A DNA stretch of 64,000 bases from contig OX597831.1 of NCBI GenBank assembly GCA_951406725.2, positions 41,912,001 to 41,976,000 of the forward strand, in the 5' to 3' direction. Origin of the DNA: Octopus vulgaris. Lineage: Eukaryota. Numbering within the stretch: position 1 is the first letter of the stretch; each line of letters begins with the position of its first letter. A model generated the notes under the pieces. The model was not told the DNA's origin, ran no database searches, and saw only the letters and a list, made by a program, of their open reading frames with translations. Positions 38,957-52,833 of the stretch are shown here, piece by piece. The position numbers and the translations under genes are program-made.

Positions 38957-39037
38957 CTATTTTCTACCTATGAACCTCTTTGGTTCCTATTTTACTCACA
39001 TGGATCGTCATAGGCATTCGGTGTTTAAAAAATTCTT

Positions 39038-39128
39038 GGTGGAGGTAAAGAATACGTACACCACCCGTTTTCGGCGTACCAAAAACCCTAACCCTAAACA
39101 CCGGGTGTACGTATTCTTTACTTTCGCC
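39038..39128. mobile_element. 91-bp telomere-repeat MITE, family D
   Basis: TIR ggtggaggtaaagaatacgtacacc / ggtgtacgtattctttactttcgcc; TSD aaattctt/aaattctg; internal accctaaccctaa. Confidence 0.8.
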
Positions 39129-40218
39129 AAATTCTGATATTTTCATAATTGAATACAATCTTTTTACCTTTTATCTTTTACTTGTTTCAGTAAAAAGACT
39201 GCGGCCATGCTGGAGCACCACCCTTAGTCGAAGAAATCTACACCAGGACTTAAACACGTGCGTGTGTGACTTCTTTGAGTGGTGGGACGATTTAGCGTCT
39301 ATTTCTTAGCATATAGGCGAGAAATTTTTTCTAAGCCCTTATTATAACACATATAATAAATCTGGCTGTTATTTCTAGCACACCACCAGAAGTCGCTCGT
39401 TATTTCTTTCTCAGTCTCACAACTATTGATGTTTTTCAATATTTTCTCCCCATAAACACATTTTATGGAATGATGATGCTGAAGTAACACACGCGGAAAA
39501 AACAAAACAAACAAAAATATGGTAATGAGGCCGTGTGTATGTGTGTGTGTGTGCATGTTTGTGTATGTGTGTGCGTGTGTGTGTGTGTCTGTAAGAGAGA
39601 GAGAGAGAACATTTTTCTGAAAGAAAATTTTGCTATCAAAATAAATCATCTTTTACATACCTCTTATTAAAATCCATCTGGATAAATCCCAGCAATAATC
39701 TTCTCAGGCTCTCCAATATTTTAGAATGATAAATAGAAGCAATCGGATGCAGGAAGCGGATCTAAAAAAAAAAAATCAAATTTTTCTTTTTTATATAGCA
39801 TAAATATGTTTATGGGGTGAAATATTGAAAATCATCAATACAAATCTGAGAAAGAAACCAGAAGGGGGGGTCTTGGAATGTGCTAGAAACAACAGTCAAA
39901 ATCTCCCTTAAATCACACTTTTTCCTCTGAAAAGATTTTTGTTTTACCGAAAACGTTTCTCCCAAGTATTTTCAGTGTGTAGTGCAATAAAAAATTAATA
40001 ACAATAATTGGCCAAAAATCTGTCCGGATTGGGGAGTGAAAAAAATCATAAATTTTCAATTTTTTCTTTTTTTGTTTTTTGTTATAAAAAGATGTCTCCA
40101 ATCATCTCGAAGGCTGTGGTGAAAAACAAACAAAAAAAAAACATTGGAATAAATCCCCGTCAAAACGGAGAAATTCCGCGCCGTCTGATCCGAAACTCCA
40201 TTCTTTAGAAACTTCGCC

Positions 40219-40630
40219 GGATCTTTTCGGTTTGAACGGCAGTTTTTAAAAATGATTTCCACGTAACTAAACACTTTTAAACTTCGTATACTGGTAGAAT
40301 GTGTTTATAAAACATCTTTTTTCTTGGCTTTATTGAGAACATTCTATAGTTTGTAAGATATTTGTTGTTTTTTTTTCTTCAATTTCTGCAATTTCAACCA
40401 ATCACTGACGTCTATTGAGGTAAAGAAACATTCTGTGCCGTATGAATATGTCCCTCGCTTAAGAAATAGATTGGGTTTATTTACATTTGTGAAGAAGAAA
40501 AAATACCCTACCCCCACCCCTAACCCTAAAAGAGATTGAAATGCAATAGATCGATACTAGGGTCATAATTATGGGTGAGAATTTCATATGACACCGCTAG
40601 AAAAAACTGCCGTTCAAACCGAAAGGATTC
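40219..40630 (-). mobile_element. Telomere-repeat MITE, family B copy 3 (inverted)
   Basis: Reverse complement of 38525-38956; TSD acttcgcc/acttctcc. Confidence 0.92.
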
Positions 40631-40772
40631 ACTTCTCCCACCCCCGCCGTCTTGCAAAAACTTTTGCCAACAAATTTCTTTGCAATCGTAATCTATGCCG
40701 TTTGAAAGGTATTTGTATAAAATTTCATTAACAAATACCCATTTTCCTGAAAGTTATGAAACTCCTCTCCCT

Positions 40773-41167
40773 GGAGTGGCTGTGTGGTAAGTAGCTTGCT
40801 TACCGGCCGCATGGTTCCGGGTTCATTCTCGCTGCGTGGCACCTTAGGCAAGTGTCTTCTACTATAGCCTCGGGCCGACTAAAGCCTTGTGAGTGGATAT
40901 GGTAGACGGAAACTGAAAGAAGCCCGTCGTATATGTGTGTGTGTGTGTGCATGTTTGTCTGTGTTTGTCCCTCCAACATCGCTTGACAACCGATGCTGGT
41001 CTGTTTACGGCCCCGTGACTTAGCGGTTCGGCAAAAGAAAACCGACAGAATAAGTACTAGGCTTATAAAGAATATGCCTGGGGTCGATTTGCTCGACTAA
41101 AGACGGTGCTCCAGCATGGCCGCAGTCAAATGACTGAAACAAGTAAATGGGTAAAAGAGTAAAAGAG
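40773..41167 (+). mobile_element. SINE S1
   Basis: Near-complete copy with duplicated gtaaaaga tail. Confidence 0.9.
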
Positions 41168-41319
41168 TAACTCCTCGAGAAAACTTTTTGTAACGAGTCT
41201 CTACATAGACTCAATCTACAGGATCTAAACGATATTTGTTGAAAATTTCCTTAAAAAGTATCCATTTTTCTGGAAGTTATGAGGCAATAAAGTCGGAGGA
41301 GGGGTACACATTTGTAGTT

Positions 41320-41600
41320 ATGCCTAATCGACTTATCCCCTGCCTCAAAATTGCTGGCCTTGTGCCAAAATTTGAAACCATTATTGATCGGGCAGAATCG
41401 TTAGCACGCCGAGAAAAATGCTTAGTGACATTTCGTCCGATCTTAGGTTCTGTGTTGAAATTCCTCAGAGGTCGACTTTGCCATTCATCCTTTCAGAGTC
41501 AATAAAAATTAGTACCAGTTGAGCACTGGGATCGATGTAATCAGCTTGTCTCCTGCCCCGAGATTGTTGGCCTTGTGCTAAAATTTGAAACCATTATTGA
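41320..41600 (+). mobile_element. Old S2-type SINE fragments
   Basis: ggcagaatcgttagcacgccg..gaggtcgactttgccattcatcc..; tail ggccttgtgccaaaatttgaaacc present twice. Confidence 0.7.
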
Positions 41601-42984
41601 TCGGGAGGTAACTGTGTTGTGTGACATTAAAAAAAAAAACTGCATGGTATGATTCGAGAGAAATTTCAGTGCGAGCGGTTAACTTATTATGCTTAGCAGA
41701 GAGTTTTGTTTTGCTTGTTATACCCTTTGTGGGGTTCATTTCTGATAATCAATGCACCAGCTATTTTTATTACCGATAATGCTTTTAATCTCATAAACCC
41801 AAATCATGCCTACCACCACCACTACCACTACCATATACACAAACTATCCTTTAATAGATTTCTGAACTTCCTCTTTTCCTTCCTTCCCGGAAATGTTTTG
41901 ACCGGAAGGAATGGAAATCTCCATGAAATTGCATGTTTTCGCTTTTGTTTTTAGCTATGAATAATACATATGGACGATTATATTTCATCTCTTTGTCAAC
42001 GTTGACATGTTTTTTCTATTATTTATTTGTCTATTTATTTATTTTGTAATGCTTCAGTATTGGTACATGATGCCATTGACCCTCACAAACTTCCCTCCTG
42101 ATATAGAAGGAGTAGACTGAAAAAGAGGTTGAATGACATTGCCTTCTAGCACCGACATTTTCTAGACCAATATCGAAGGATCGGATTCTTTTCTTTCTTT
42201 TTTTCTTTTTTGTTTCAGTCTTTGTACTGTGGCCATAGTGGGACACTGCAATGAAGGGTTTTAGTCGAACAAATCAACCCGAGTACGTATTTCTTAAATG
42301 TGGTACTTATTCTGTCGGTCTCTTTGGCCAAACCGCCAAGTTATGAGGACGTAAACAAACCAACACTGGAAGAGGATCAAACACAAGACGTACACACACA
42401 CACACACACACACACCAAATATTTCCACACAATTTCCGTCTTGGTCTGTTATAGAAAACTGTTGCTTGGATGCCGTGAAGTGGGACTGAACACGAAACCA
42501 CACGGTTGCAAAGCGTGTTTTCATATATATATATATATATATATATACGTACGTACACTATTGAATTATAAACTTTTAATATACACTATGGTTGCAAAAT
42601 GAAATATGATGTTCTTATTAGCAATTTATGTCTCTCCACCACCGCTTCACAACCGATATTCGTGTGTTTGCGTCCCCGTAACGGAGCGGTTCGGCAAAAG
42701 TGGAACCGATAGAATAAGTTCCAGCATTTTAAAAAATAAATATTGGGGGTCGATAAATTCGACTAAAAATTATTCAAGGCGGTACCCCTAACATGGCTGT
42801 AGTCTAATGACTTACACAAGTAAAAGATAAAATATGTATGCATCTGGGGCACATTTTTATGGCGTAGGAGTGGCTGTGTGGTAAGTAGCTTGTTTATGAG
42901 CCGAGTACCTGTTTTCCGTTGGCACAAGAGGCTATGCAAAGCAAGGCCACTGCGAAGCTCGTGACGAGCCCTTTTTCCGACAGC

Positions 42985-44005
42985 GAGGACATCAGGTACA
43001 TCCACTGAGTTCCTTTTGGCCAAAGGTCAACAAAGAGTACTTCGTGGAAGTTTTGAGGGCAAAACTTCCGTCCGTCCCTACCAAAAAAGCAGCCTTAAAA
43101 ATTTTTCTTTCGACACAAACCAAACTTTTCGGCTATGGGAATACGAATCTGCAAAAAAATTGGCAAAAATCGGCATTTTTAAATTACCCCCACTTCAACC
43201 CATTTCCTTCATTTTCTACTTTTTTCAGAATTTTTTTTTCAAAATATGCGGAACAATACGGAGACTATTATTCTGAAAAAGAATTTCCAAAAGTGTTTGT
43301 AAAATATTTAAAAAAATTTTTTTTTTTTCTAAATATGCGGAAAAATACGGACCGGACAAAAATTTAAGAACATTTCTGTAGTTACGGTTAGGGTTAGGGT
43401 TGGGGTTAGGGTTTTAGGGTTAGGGTTAGTATTGGGGAAAAAAGTCAAAATTGAAGAATTGGGGGTGGGAGTGGCGGAAAAATTTAACAATGCCGATTTT
43501 TGGCAAATTTCCGGAACCTCTGTATCCGAAAACGGGGGTTCTTGGCAAAGAAAAAAATTTTTTTAAATAAACAAATTTAGGAGAAAATGGGTGGGGACGG
43601 GCGGAAGTCTTTCCATTTTGAGGGAGGAGGGATTTCGTCGCAAAAGGCCAAAGTATCTGCGCCTGCACCAGGACAATACACAGTCCATAATTCCATCCTG
43701 GTAACCAACCACTTGACAGAGATGGACATCAAAACTGTAGCTCGTCCTCTCTACAGTTCAAACCTTGCTCCTTGCGACTTTTCCTTGTTTCCCAAGCTGA
43801 AGGAAAAGACAGAGACTGTGACAAGGATCCTGGACATTTTCATTTTGGAGGACTTCCATGGGGCCTTTCACAAAGAGGCTGGAGCACTACAACCAGCGGA
43901 TTGAAGTCAAGGAATCCTAATTTGAAGAAGATTCGAGTTTTGTACTTCTTTGAAATTAATAAATGTCGCTCTTGAAAAAGTCTCAGAACTTTGGGAATAT
44001 ATCTT
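42985..44005 (+). mobile_element. Decayed mariner transposase C-terminal region, split by a MITE
   Basis: VNKEYFVEVL[MITE]..FRRKRP..LHQDN/VHNSILVTNHLTEMDIKTVARPLYSSNLAPCDFSLFPKLK (HDNA..H and YSPDLAPCDF motifs). Confidence 0.88.
43058..43614. mobile_element. Telomere-repeat MITE, family E
   Basis: TIR ggcaaaacttccgtccgtccctacc / ggtggggacgggcggaagtctttcc; TSD gttttgag/attttgag; (TTAGGG)n at 43387-43429; removing it rejoins the mariner sequence. Confidence 0.9.
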
Positions 44006-44183
44006 GAGTGTGCGCGCACGTGCGTGTCTCTCCACAATGATTGGTTTGTTTGTGTCCCTGTTCAGTACAAGAGAATTTTAAAAATCTAGTGGCAGGGGCG
44101 ATTTATTCGGCTAAACCTTCAGTGCCCGCAGTCAAACGACCGAACCAGTAAATGTAAATGTTACATTCACACTCCCGCGCGCG

Positions 44184-44222
<39 letters not shown>

Positions 44223-44274
44223 CGATTAACAGAATAAGACTTACGCCCAGCTATCTCTCTCTATATATATAATT

Positions 44275-44538
44275 TTTTTTATTTATGCACCCTTTTCAAG
44301 CCTAGCCAGGCTCATGGGCCCTGTTTCTCGGTTTCTATGGTGTATGTGTTCCCGCCAGTTGGACGGGACGCCAGTCTATCGCAGCATTACTCAAGAAACA
44401 GAAGAAAGAGTGAGAGAAAGTTGGAGCGAAAGAGTACAACAGGGGTCGCCACCACCCCCTGCCGGAGCCTGGGAATCGAAACCGCGATCCTCCGACCGCG
44501 AGTCCGCTACCCTAACCACTGGACCGTTGCGCCTCCAC
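44275..44538 (-). mobile_element. SINE S3 (internal deletion)
   Basis: Same tail and head as 10758-11064. Confidence 0.85.
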
Positions 44539-46043
44539 TATCTAAACACATATACATAAAAATGAAGAAGAAAATCTCCTGCCCTCGACAAAGTTCCAGT
44601 AATTGGTCTCATTCAATGATTATGCATGTGCTAATGAGCTATATGAGCAAAACACTTACTTAGCTCAGTAGCACAGTATCGACAACCATCTCCCATACAA
44701 ATCACGCTGCTGCTCGAGAATAAGGAAGTAGACCACGCTGACATCGGTGCAGCTAAACTGCATTCAAGACAAAGATGTGCATCTCCTACAGAGGAGCTAT
44801 TTTCAGATCACCAGTATCATATCACGATGACTATCTCCTTCTCTACTCAAAACTATCTATTCTAATGAAGTACGTCTCTCTATAGCTTGCTATTACTTCT
44901 GTTACTGTTTTAAGGCGGCAAGCCGGCCAAATGATTACTACGTCGGACAGGATGCTTTAGTAGCGTTTCTTGTGGTTATTTACGTTCTAAATTCCAAATA
45001 CGTAAAACAGAGTGATAGACGAATTTTGAAAGACACTGACACACACACACACACAAACGTGTGTATTGTGTGGCCTACGTACGTCCATATAGGAATATTT
45101 ATATAAATAATACAGAAGATTAAACGGGAGGTGAAATCTTATCAAATAGGCGTTCACTTCACCTACAAAGTATTATAATTAAAATTAAAGATAAGTCAAG
45201 GCGACTGTTTTCAACTGAAATTTAACAGAGGAGAGTGGAGACAAAAGGAAAGAGAAAGACAGAGAAAGAAACACACACATGCAGACATAAACGAGCTTAC
45301 TCTCCAATATCAGCCTACAAGCACATACGCAGAGACACTTGCTGACAGAAAGGAGAGTTTAAGATTCTTTCAATATCGCTATTTTTGTAACGACTAAATA
45401 AAGGCGAGCCAGAGCCAACGTAGAAATCTATATATCGTCTCTTGGCCTACAAGAAATAGCAGCCAAATCACGATAGACGTCTCGAAGGCGTTAAGTATTC
45501 CGTCAGGTCACCGACTTCCTTACGCTGAAATTTCACATATCATAAAATATAATACAATGAAATGTTATGTTATATAGTGTAATATAAAATAATATAATAC
45601 AACATATAATCTTTCATAATATAAAATGAAAGATAGAAATCTTGCGGTTTAAGTTAGTCGGATAAACTGCACACGTAATCCAAACAGGAGCATATGGTGT
45701 TTGTATTTAAAATGGCGTGTGTTATTGCGCAAGACCAGATATAAATATAAACAAACAATCACGTTATTTCTAGACATACTATGACTTCAATGTCAATCTT
45801 TGTTTTTAAGTGTGTATCATTAGATTCGAAAACTAATTACGAACAGATTATATCATGATAGTGCATTAACAGAATATACAACAGAGGAAATTTAACTATC
45901 ATTAGCAGAACTCTTTAGTGGAACTATCTTTAGTGTATTCTTCATAGATAAGAGTTCTAGAATATACACCTCCCGTATCGAAAACAAAGTAATCAGGCCT
46001 CGTTCTCGTCACGCAATGTGGGCCAGCCTAAATATTAAGTTAC

Positions 46044-46140
<97 letters not shown>

Positions 46141-46142
<2 letters not shown>

Positions 46143-47407
46143 GAGTGCGTAAGGTATTTGAGCCGATACCTTCTTTGGGTCATTGCTGCTTTTTTTTTTT
46201 GCTAACTCGGTATAATCGCTTCTTAAGAAAATAATGGCTGACCCTCATCTTACTCGAGAAATGAAGAGGCATGCTGTTATTGTGGTTATAAAGGCTGAGC
46301 ATAGCGATTTAGAAATATCTCGATTTTTAAAAGTTGCAGATCTTTCGTCTACGAAGTTTGTAAGGAATATGGAATATACGAGGATTAAGGAGTGAGAGAC
46401 TGAAGATGGAATTGTATCACCAGTATCAAAGCATAAAAAGCCTTCTAAATGCCCTGAAATCATCAGAAGACTTGAATTTATTCAGCAAGTTCAACAGACC
46501 ACTGGTTACAATCCCAGAAAATCCATGAGGTCAACTGCAGAAGATCTCCATGAATCAGAAGGAACAGTCAGAAATGTCGTCCACGAAGATATCAAATATA
46601 AGTCTTATATGATGAGGAAAGGTCAATTTGTCAGAAAAAGCAAAAGAAAATCACTACATCAGATTTAAAAGGCTCTTAAACAATCTGAAAACTCCAGCAG
46701 AAGATTTGATTTGGTTTTTCTCAAACGCGAAAATCTTAAACCACGATCAAAAAGTTAACAGAAGAAATGACACATGGTTATGTGCAGACCCTTCTGAAGT
46801 TCCTGCATACAAAATTTCCTGCAACTGTCATGGTTTTAGTGGTTGTCAGCAATGAAGGACGTGTGATGCCTCCTTACTTCTTTCCACAAGGCCTTAGAAT
46901 TAACTCTGCTACCTATATTGAGGTCCTGAAAATAATTGTTAAATCCTGGATAGACAGTGTATGCAATGGAAGGCCATATGTATTTCAGTAAGACTCTGCA
47001 CTATCACACATGGCTCTAGTAACAGAAGAATGGATGGCCGAAAAATTTCATGATCACATAACCCCTAACATTTGGCCTCCTAATTCCCCTTATCTAAATT
47101 CACTGGACTATTACATGTGGAGCGTTAAGAGAGGGGTCAATGAATACGCCCATAACACCAAAGGTTCTATAAAAGCTGCCATAGTCAGAGTAATGTCCAA
47201 AATAAATCAGGATCATTTGATTCCAGCATGTACATGATTTAGATCTCATATAGAAGCAGATGATGAAGCTGAAGGTGGCTCTATTGAATAACATTGTAGA
47301 AAGAGGTTAATTTTTTATCGTCGTAGCATTTTTTGATAAATAAATTGTGTTATTATATATGTTTTCTTATAAATATAAATCTGTCCTCAAATATCTTACG
47401 CACCCTA
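46141..47407 (+). mobile_element. Near full-length decayed Tc1/mariner element of the DD37D (maT) group
   Basis: TIR tagagtgcgtaaggtatttgag / ctcaaatatcttacgcacccta flanked by TA; fragments HTKFPATVMVL..SNEG.VMPP.FFPQGLRIN..YIEVL, YVFQ*DSA.SH and WPPNSP.LNSLDYY with 37 residues between the last two D; stops and frameshifts. Confidence 0.93.
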
Positions 47408-47424
47408 TATATACATATATATTA

Positions 47425-47447
47425 TAGATAGATAGATAGATAGATAT

Positions 47448-47518
<71 letters not shown>

Positions 47519-47630
47519 TATTTAAGGTATATAATTCCATTCAGCCAAATAGAATACTTATCGTTGAAACTGCGTTGCTACATACATGAATATGGTGGTG
47601 GGGGTGTAGTCGTGGCGGTCGTGGTGGTGA

Positions 47631-47690
<60 letters not shown>

Positions 47691-47710
47691 CAGCAGCAGC
47701 AGTAGCAGTA
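47425..47710. repeat. (GATA)n and (GTA)n microsatellites
   Basis: Direct reading at 47425-47517 and 47630-47710. Confidence 0.95.
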
Positions 47711-48417
47711 GTACACAAACGTATTAGATTCATGAATATTGAAAAGCACAATTTAAACAGTGACGTCCGTAAAACGACTCCTTGACCCCGATCCCGCTTA
47801 CCCGTCCGTCCGTCCAACCATTCAAAACCATGTTGGATGCAATAAAGCTTGAAATAAATTACATCCTTAAAAGCCCATTATTGCATTCATGGCAACAATA
47901 TTTGTTGTTGTCGTTGCAATCAAAATTATTGCTAGTCATACTTGTTATCATTAATATTGTTTCTTGTTGTTGCTGTTATTATTTTATAGTATTATTTTAT
48001 TGATATCGCTGTGTTTGTTGTTGTTTTTGTTGTCATTGTTTTTGTTTTTATTGTTGTTGTCACTGATGTCGCTTTTAATTATAACGCTGCTCTGCCTTTA
48101 TTGTCAGTGTTAATTATGCAACTGCTATTGTTATTGTTATTGTTATTGTTGTTCAAGTCGTTCTCGTGTGCTATTGCTGCTTTTAATATCGTTGTTGTTT
48201 CTGCTGTTATTGTTGTTGCTAATCCTGTACTTCTTGCTATTGCTATTCCTATTGTTATCGTTGGTGTTATTTTTATGATTATTTCTGCAATTGTTCTTGT
48301 TGCCATTCCTGTTGTTCTGGTTATCAAATGTAAGTAGCATTCACAATTTTGTCGCTGTTACTACATATATCGTTCTTGCGGCTGTCGTCGTCGTGTTCTT
48401 GTTCTTGTTGTTGTTGT

Positions 48418-48920
48418 TCTTCTTCTTCTTCCAATCAGGTCTCACGCCATTAGCCACAAAAGAATAATCTCTAATTCGAGCCTACTCTAAGCTACTAAGA
48501 ATGCATGTGGCAACTTGAAGATCCACCCACCACACGCAATAGACAGGCGGTTACACAGGCGCGAAAGCTACGTTGTTATCCTGTTATCCTCATTCCGTAA
48601 ACGGTGGCTTTTAACGGGTGAAGAGCTGAACCATCCTGGAGTACAGAGGGTTTGCAATCTAGACTAGGATCTGAAAGTTGACCACACCATAGTGGGTTAC
48701 ACCATGGTTCCTCTGCTTTGTGGCAGAAGTAGAAAGAAAGAGTGAGAGAAAGTTGTGGTGAGAGAGTACAGCGGGGTTCATCCCATCCCCCGCCGGAGCC
48801 TCGTGGCGCTTAGGTGTTTTTGCTCAATAAACACTCACAATGCCCGGTCTGGGAAACGAAACCAAGTTCTTGAGAACCGTGAGTCCGCTGCCCTAACCAC
48901 TCGGCCATTGCGCCTCCACT
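48418..48920 (-). mobile_element. S3-type SINE with a long alternative tail ending in (GAA)n
   Basis: Head and body 48725-48920 match S3; 48432-48720 differs from the other copies; abuts (TTC)n. Confidence 0.65.
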
Positions 48921-48957
48921 CTTGCTGCTGTTGTTGTTATCCTTATTGATGACGATA

Positions 48958-49380
48958 AGGCGGTGAGCTGGCACAATCGTTAGCACGCCTGACAACGTGC
49001 CTAGCTGCATTTCGCCAATCTTTACGTTCTCAGTTCAAATTCCGCTGAGGTCAGCTTTACTTTTCATCTTTCGAAGTCGATAAAATAAGTACCAGTTGAA
49101 TATTGGGCTCCATGTAATCGAGTAGTCCCCTTCCCTGAAAAATTTAGGCCTATGATAGAAAAGGATTATAAGGCAGAATCGTAAGCATATTGCAAGCTGG
49201 CAGAATCGTAAGCTATTTGGACAAAAATGCTTGGCGATATTTCATATACCGTTGCGTTCTGAGTACATATTCTACCGAGATCCACTTTGCCTTTCAACCT
49301 TTCAAAATCGATAAAATAAGTCCCAGCTGAGCACTTGACCACCTCTTCCCCAAAAATTTCAGGCCTTCTACCTATAGTAG
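48958..49380 (+). mobile_element. Two old S2-type SINEs
   Basis: Heads aggcggtgagctggcac.. at 48958 and aagctggcagaatcg.. at 49194. Confidence 0.75.
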
Positions 49381-50171
49381 TTTATTATTGAGTGTTGATG
49401 GTGGCAGTTAGAGTAGTGGTGGTGATGATAATATGCGGTGGTGATGGTGGTAGTGATGATGGCGGTGATAATAATGATAGTGGTGGTGAAGATAATTATT
49501 GCTATTGTGTTTTTGTTTTCTTAATTTTTTCGGTGGAAATTTTTTGTTAACTTATAAACATGTAGAAGACAGCTTCATAGAGAGAGAGAGAGGATTGAGG
49601 GAGAGCAGACGATACAACAGCAGTGAGGTATTGTTTCATAATGACAAACCTGATTCAGCGTGCACACATAGACGCACGTAGACATGTACACATACATACA
49701 CATATACTCGTATAAACCCACACACACACATAAACACTTGTATGGACCTTATAACACGCACACACACATATATTACTAATACGACTATTTTTATTAGTTG
49801 ATGAATCAAAATTATACATTTTGCAATATAGACGACATAGAACAATACTTATGATATGAATGTATATGTATGTCTGTCTGTCTGTATGTATGTATATATA
49901 CACACACACATATATACATATACACACACATATATATGTATACATATATACGTTCATATATATATTCATATATATATATTCATGTATATATATATATATA
50001 TATATATATAGTGTATATGTGTATACATATATATGCGTGTTTGTATGCGTGTATATATATATATATATATATATATAGTGTATATGTGTATACATATATA
50101 TGCGTGTTTGTATGCGTGTATATATATTATAGTACATATACGTAGATACACGCACAGTTCGATACCTGTGT

Positions 50172-50212
<41 letters not shown>

Positions 50213-51101
50213 GTGTGCGCACGACAAGTGAGAGAAGTAATAGAATCGATATTAATGAGGAATATATGAAATAATGGAAATATTATTAATGAGGATTATT
50301 ATAACAGCAACTAAACAAGCAGAAAGGGCAAATTCAGACAGTGATTAATGCAGAGAGATGTTAGTGTGGTGGGATGGTTTGGGATGTATTTGTGTGTTTG
50401 TGTGTGTGTGTATGGATGGTACTGTATGAAAATATATGCTTGTGCCCATGCGCCTGTATGCATTCGTGTGTGTGCATTTGCGTATGAAGAAGTGTGGATG
50501 GCATTTTTTGTATATGTAAGTCAGCACGCATAATGGATGCGTGTTAGTGAGTATGTGTGTGTGTGTGTGCGCCTTTGTGTTTGTGTGTGTATGTTTGTAT
50601 GTGAATGTGCGTGCGCACGCAGACAGACACACTTGTAATAATTTCGATTAATCAGTTCAGGACAGCTTATGAACTGAAGGTCGCAGCCAATAGCCCTCGG
50701 GGAGGAAAAAAAAACGTTGATTGCATGGAAGTATCTCTTTGATGTGATCAACTATAACAATATATGAACACAACAATAACCTTTCTCATACTGTACGTTA
50801 GTCATACGACACGACAGTGCCGTAGTTATGACCTTTACGTGCCTCTCCTCCCTCCTACAAACTGGTTGGCGAGGTTGCCAGTATGATTGAGAGGAATGTA
50901 GCCTTGCCAACTGGGCAGGGTATAGTTCGTTGAAGAAGTTTCATTTGACCGAAACGTACACTATTCTTTTCTGCTGGCTTTAAAGACAAGTTGTACACGC
51001 TTCCTTATCGTTTATTTTCCGAAAAGTTTCAAATAACTGATCTTATTAAAGTATAGAAAATCGATCCGCTTTAATTTGAACATGGATTTGGATTAGCAAG
51101 T

Positions 51102-51310
51102 TACTCTTTTACTTGTTTCTGTCATTTAACTGTGGCCATGCTGGAGCACCGCCTTTAGTCGAGCAAATCGACCCCAGGACATATTCTTTGTAAGCATAGT
51201 ACTTATTTTATCGGTCTCTTTTGCCGAACCGCTAATTTACGGAGACGTAAACATACCAGCATCGGTTGTCAAACGATGTTGGGGGAACAAACACAGACAC
51301 ACAAACATAT

Positions 51311-51343
<33 letters not shown>

Positions 51344-51359
51344 TACATACATACATACA

Positions 51360-51405
<46 letters not shown>

Positions 51406-51582
51406 CACACACATATATACGACGGACTTCTTTCAGTTTCCGTCTACCAAATCCCCTCACAAGGCTTTGGTCGGCCCGAGGCTATAGTAGAAGACACTTG
51501 CCCAAGGTGCCACGCAGTGGGACTGAACCCGGAACCATGTGGATCGTAAGCAAGTTACTTACCACACAGGTACTCCTACGCT
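51102..51582 (-). mobile_element. SINE S1, full length
   Basis: Reverse complement of 9846-10264 with an expanded central microsatellite. Confidence 0.92.
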
Positions 51583-51590
51583 TATAGTTA

Positions 51591-51733
51591 TTAGGTTGTC
51601 CCAAAAGTTCGTAAACACTTGCGAAAATTGAATTTTTACTCGCCAAGTACAAACACAAAAACAACAAAAAATATTCCTCAAAATAAAGACCATTATTTTC
51701 CAAGACTTTCTACGAACTTTTGGGACAACCTTA
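51591..51733. mobile_element. Tc1/mariner-type MITE
   Basis: TIR aggttgtcccaaaagttcgta / tacgaacttttgggacaacct; TA on both sides. Confidence 0.85.
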
Positions 51734-52019
51734 TAGTTAATATTATTACCATATTCGGTAATTTAATAGCAACAAGCGATAAATCCCTTTCGTAGATAAC
51801 CAACAAGCCTATCTACATTGCTTACAGCTCGCCACCTTTAATTTACCACCATATTATTAATGAAATAGCTGTCTGCGAACTTTCTAGATAATGAGATTGG
51901 ATACAATGTTTTTAAAGAGAAAGAATGTATAACACTGATTATGAATGTCAATTAAACAAAGGAAAATACTTTAGGGACGGAGGTGTTCTGCTCACTAAAT
52001 GGTAAGTTTTCATATATAT

Positions 52020-52225
52020 CCATTTCTACTATAGTCCTGAAATTTTGGGGGAAAGGGTAAGTTTATTACATTGACCCCAGAGCTCAACTGGTACTTATTT
52101 CATCGATTCCGAAAGGATCATGAAAGGCAAAGTCGACATCGGCGGGACTTGAACTCAGATCATAACGACGGACGAAATGGTGCTAAGGATTTTGCGAAGC
52201 ATGCTAACGATTCTGCCTCTCGCCA
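52020..52225 (-). mobile_element. Old S2-type SINE
   Basis: Matches the S2 body and older tail. Confidence 0.7.
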
Positions 52226-52495
52226 CTCACGCACGCATGCATGCACATGCACAAAACACACGGAGTGGTCACGGCGCTTGATTATATATATATATATATT
52301 CAATGAAGGTTATCTTGAACGAAAACCAGCAACAATAACTACATTAATGACGACGTAAAAAAAAAGTCAGGTTTAAGACACTCCTTAGCCCGATGCAGAC
52401 GATTAGCAAACCAGACGATAGATAATATTACAGCGTTTCTCAATTTATCGTGAATGGCTTTTGTGAATGTATCAGGGGTATGATTGATTATATGG

Positions 52496-52573
<78 letters not shown>

Positions 52574-52776
52574 ACCCACACTAAGATGTAAATGCGTGTG
52601 TGTGTGTGTGTGTACCCACACTAAGATGTTAATGCGTGTGTGAGTTCATAACTATATGTGCATATAGGTATCTATATTGATGAAAGACGTCTATTTCATA
52701 AGCCAACTTTTCCAGAAGCAAAATGATTTGTACACACACACTCGCTCACTCACTATCTTATCACACACGCGTATGT

Positions 52777-52833
<57 letters not shown>

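Noticed and set aside
48011-48337. Hydrophobic 108-aa ORF resembling a membrane protein
   Set aside because: Degenerate (GTT/ATT)n tract.
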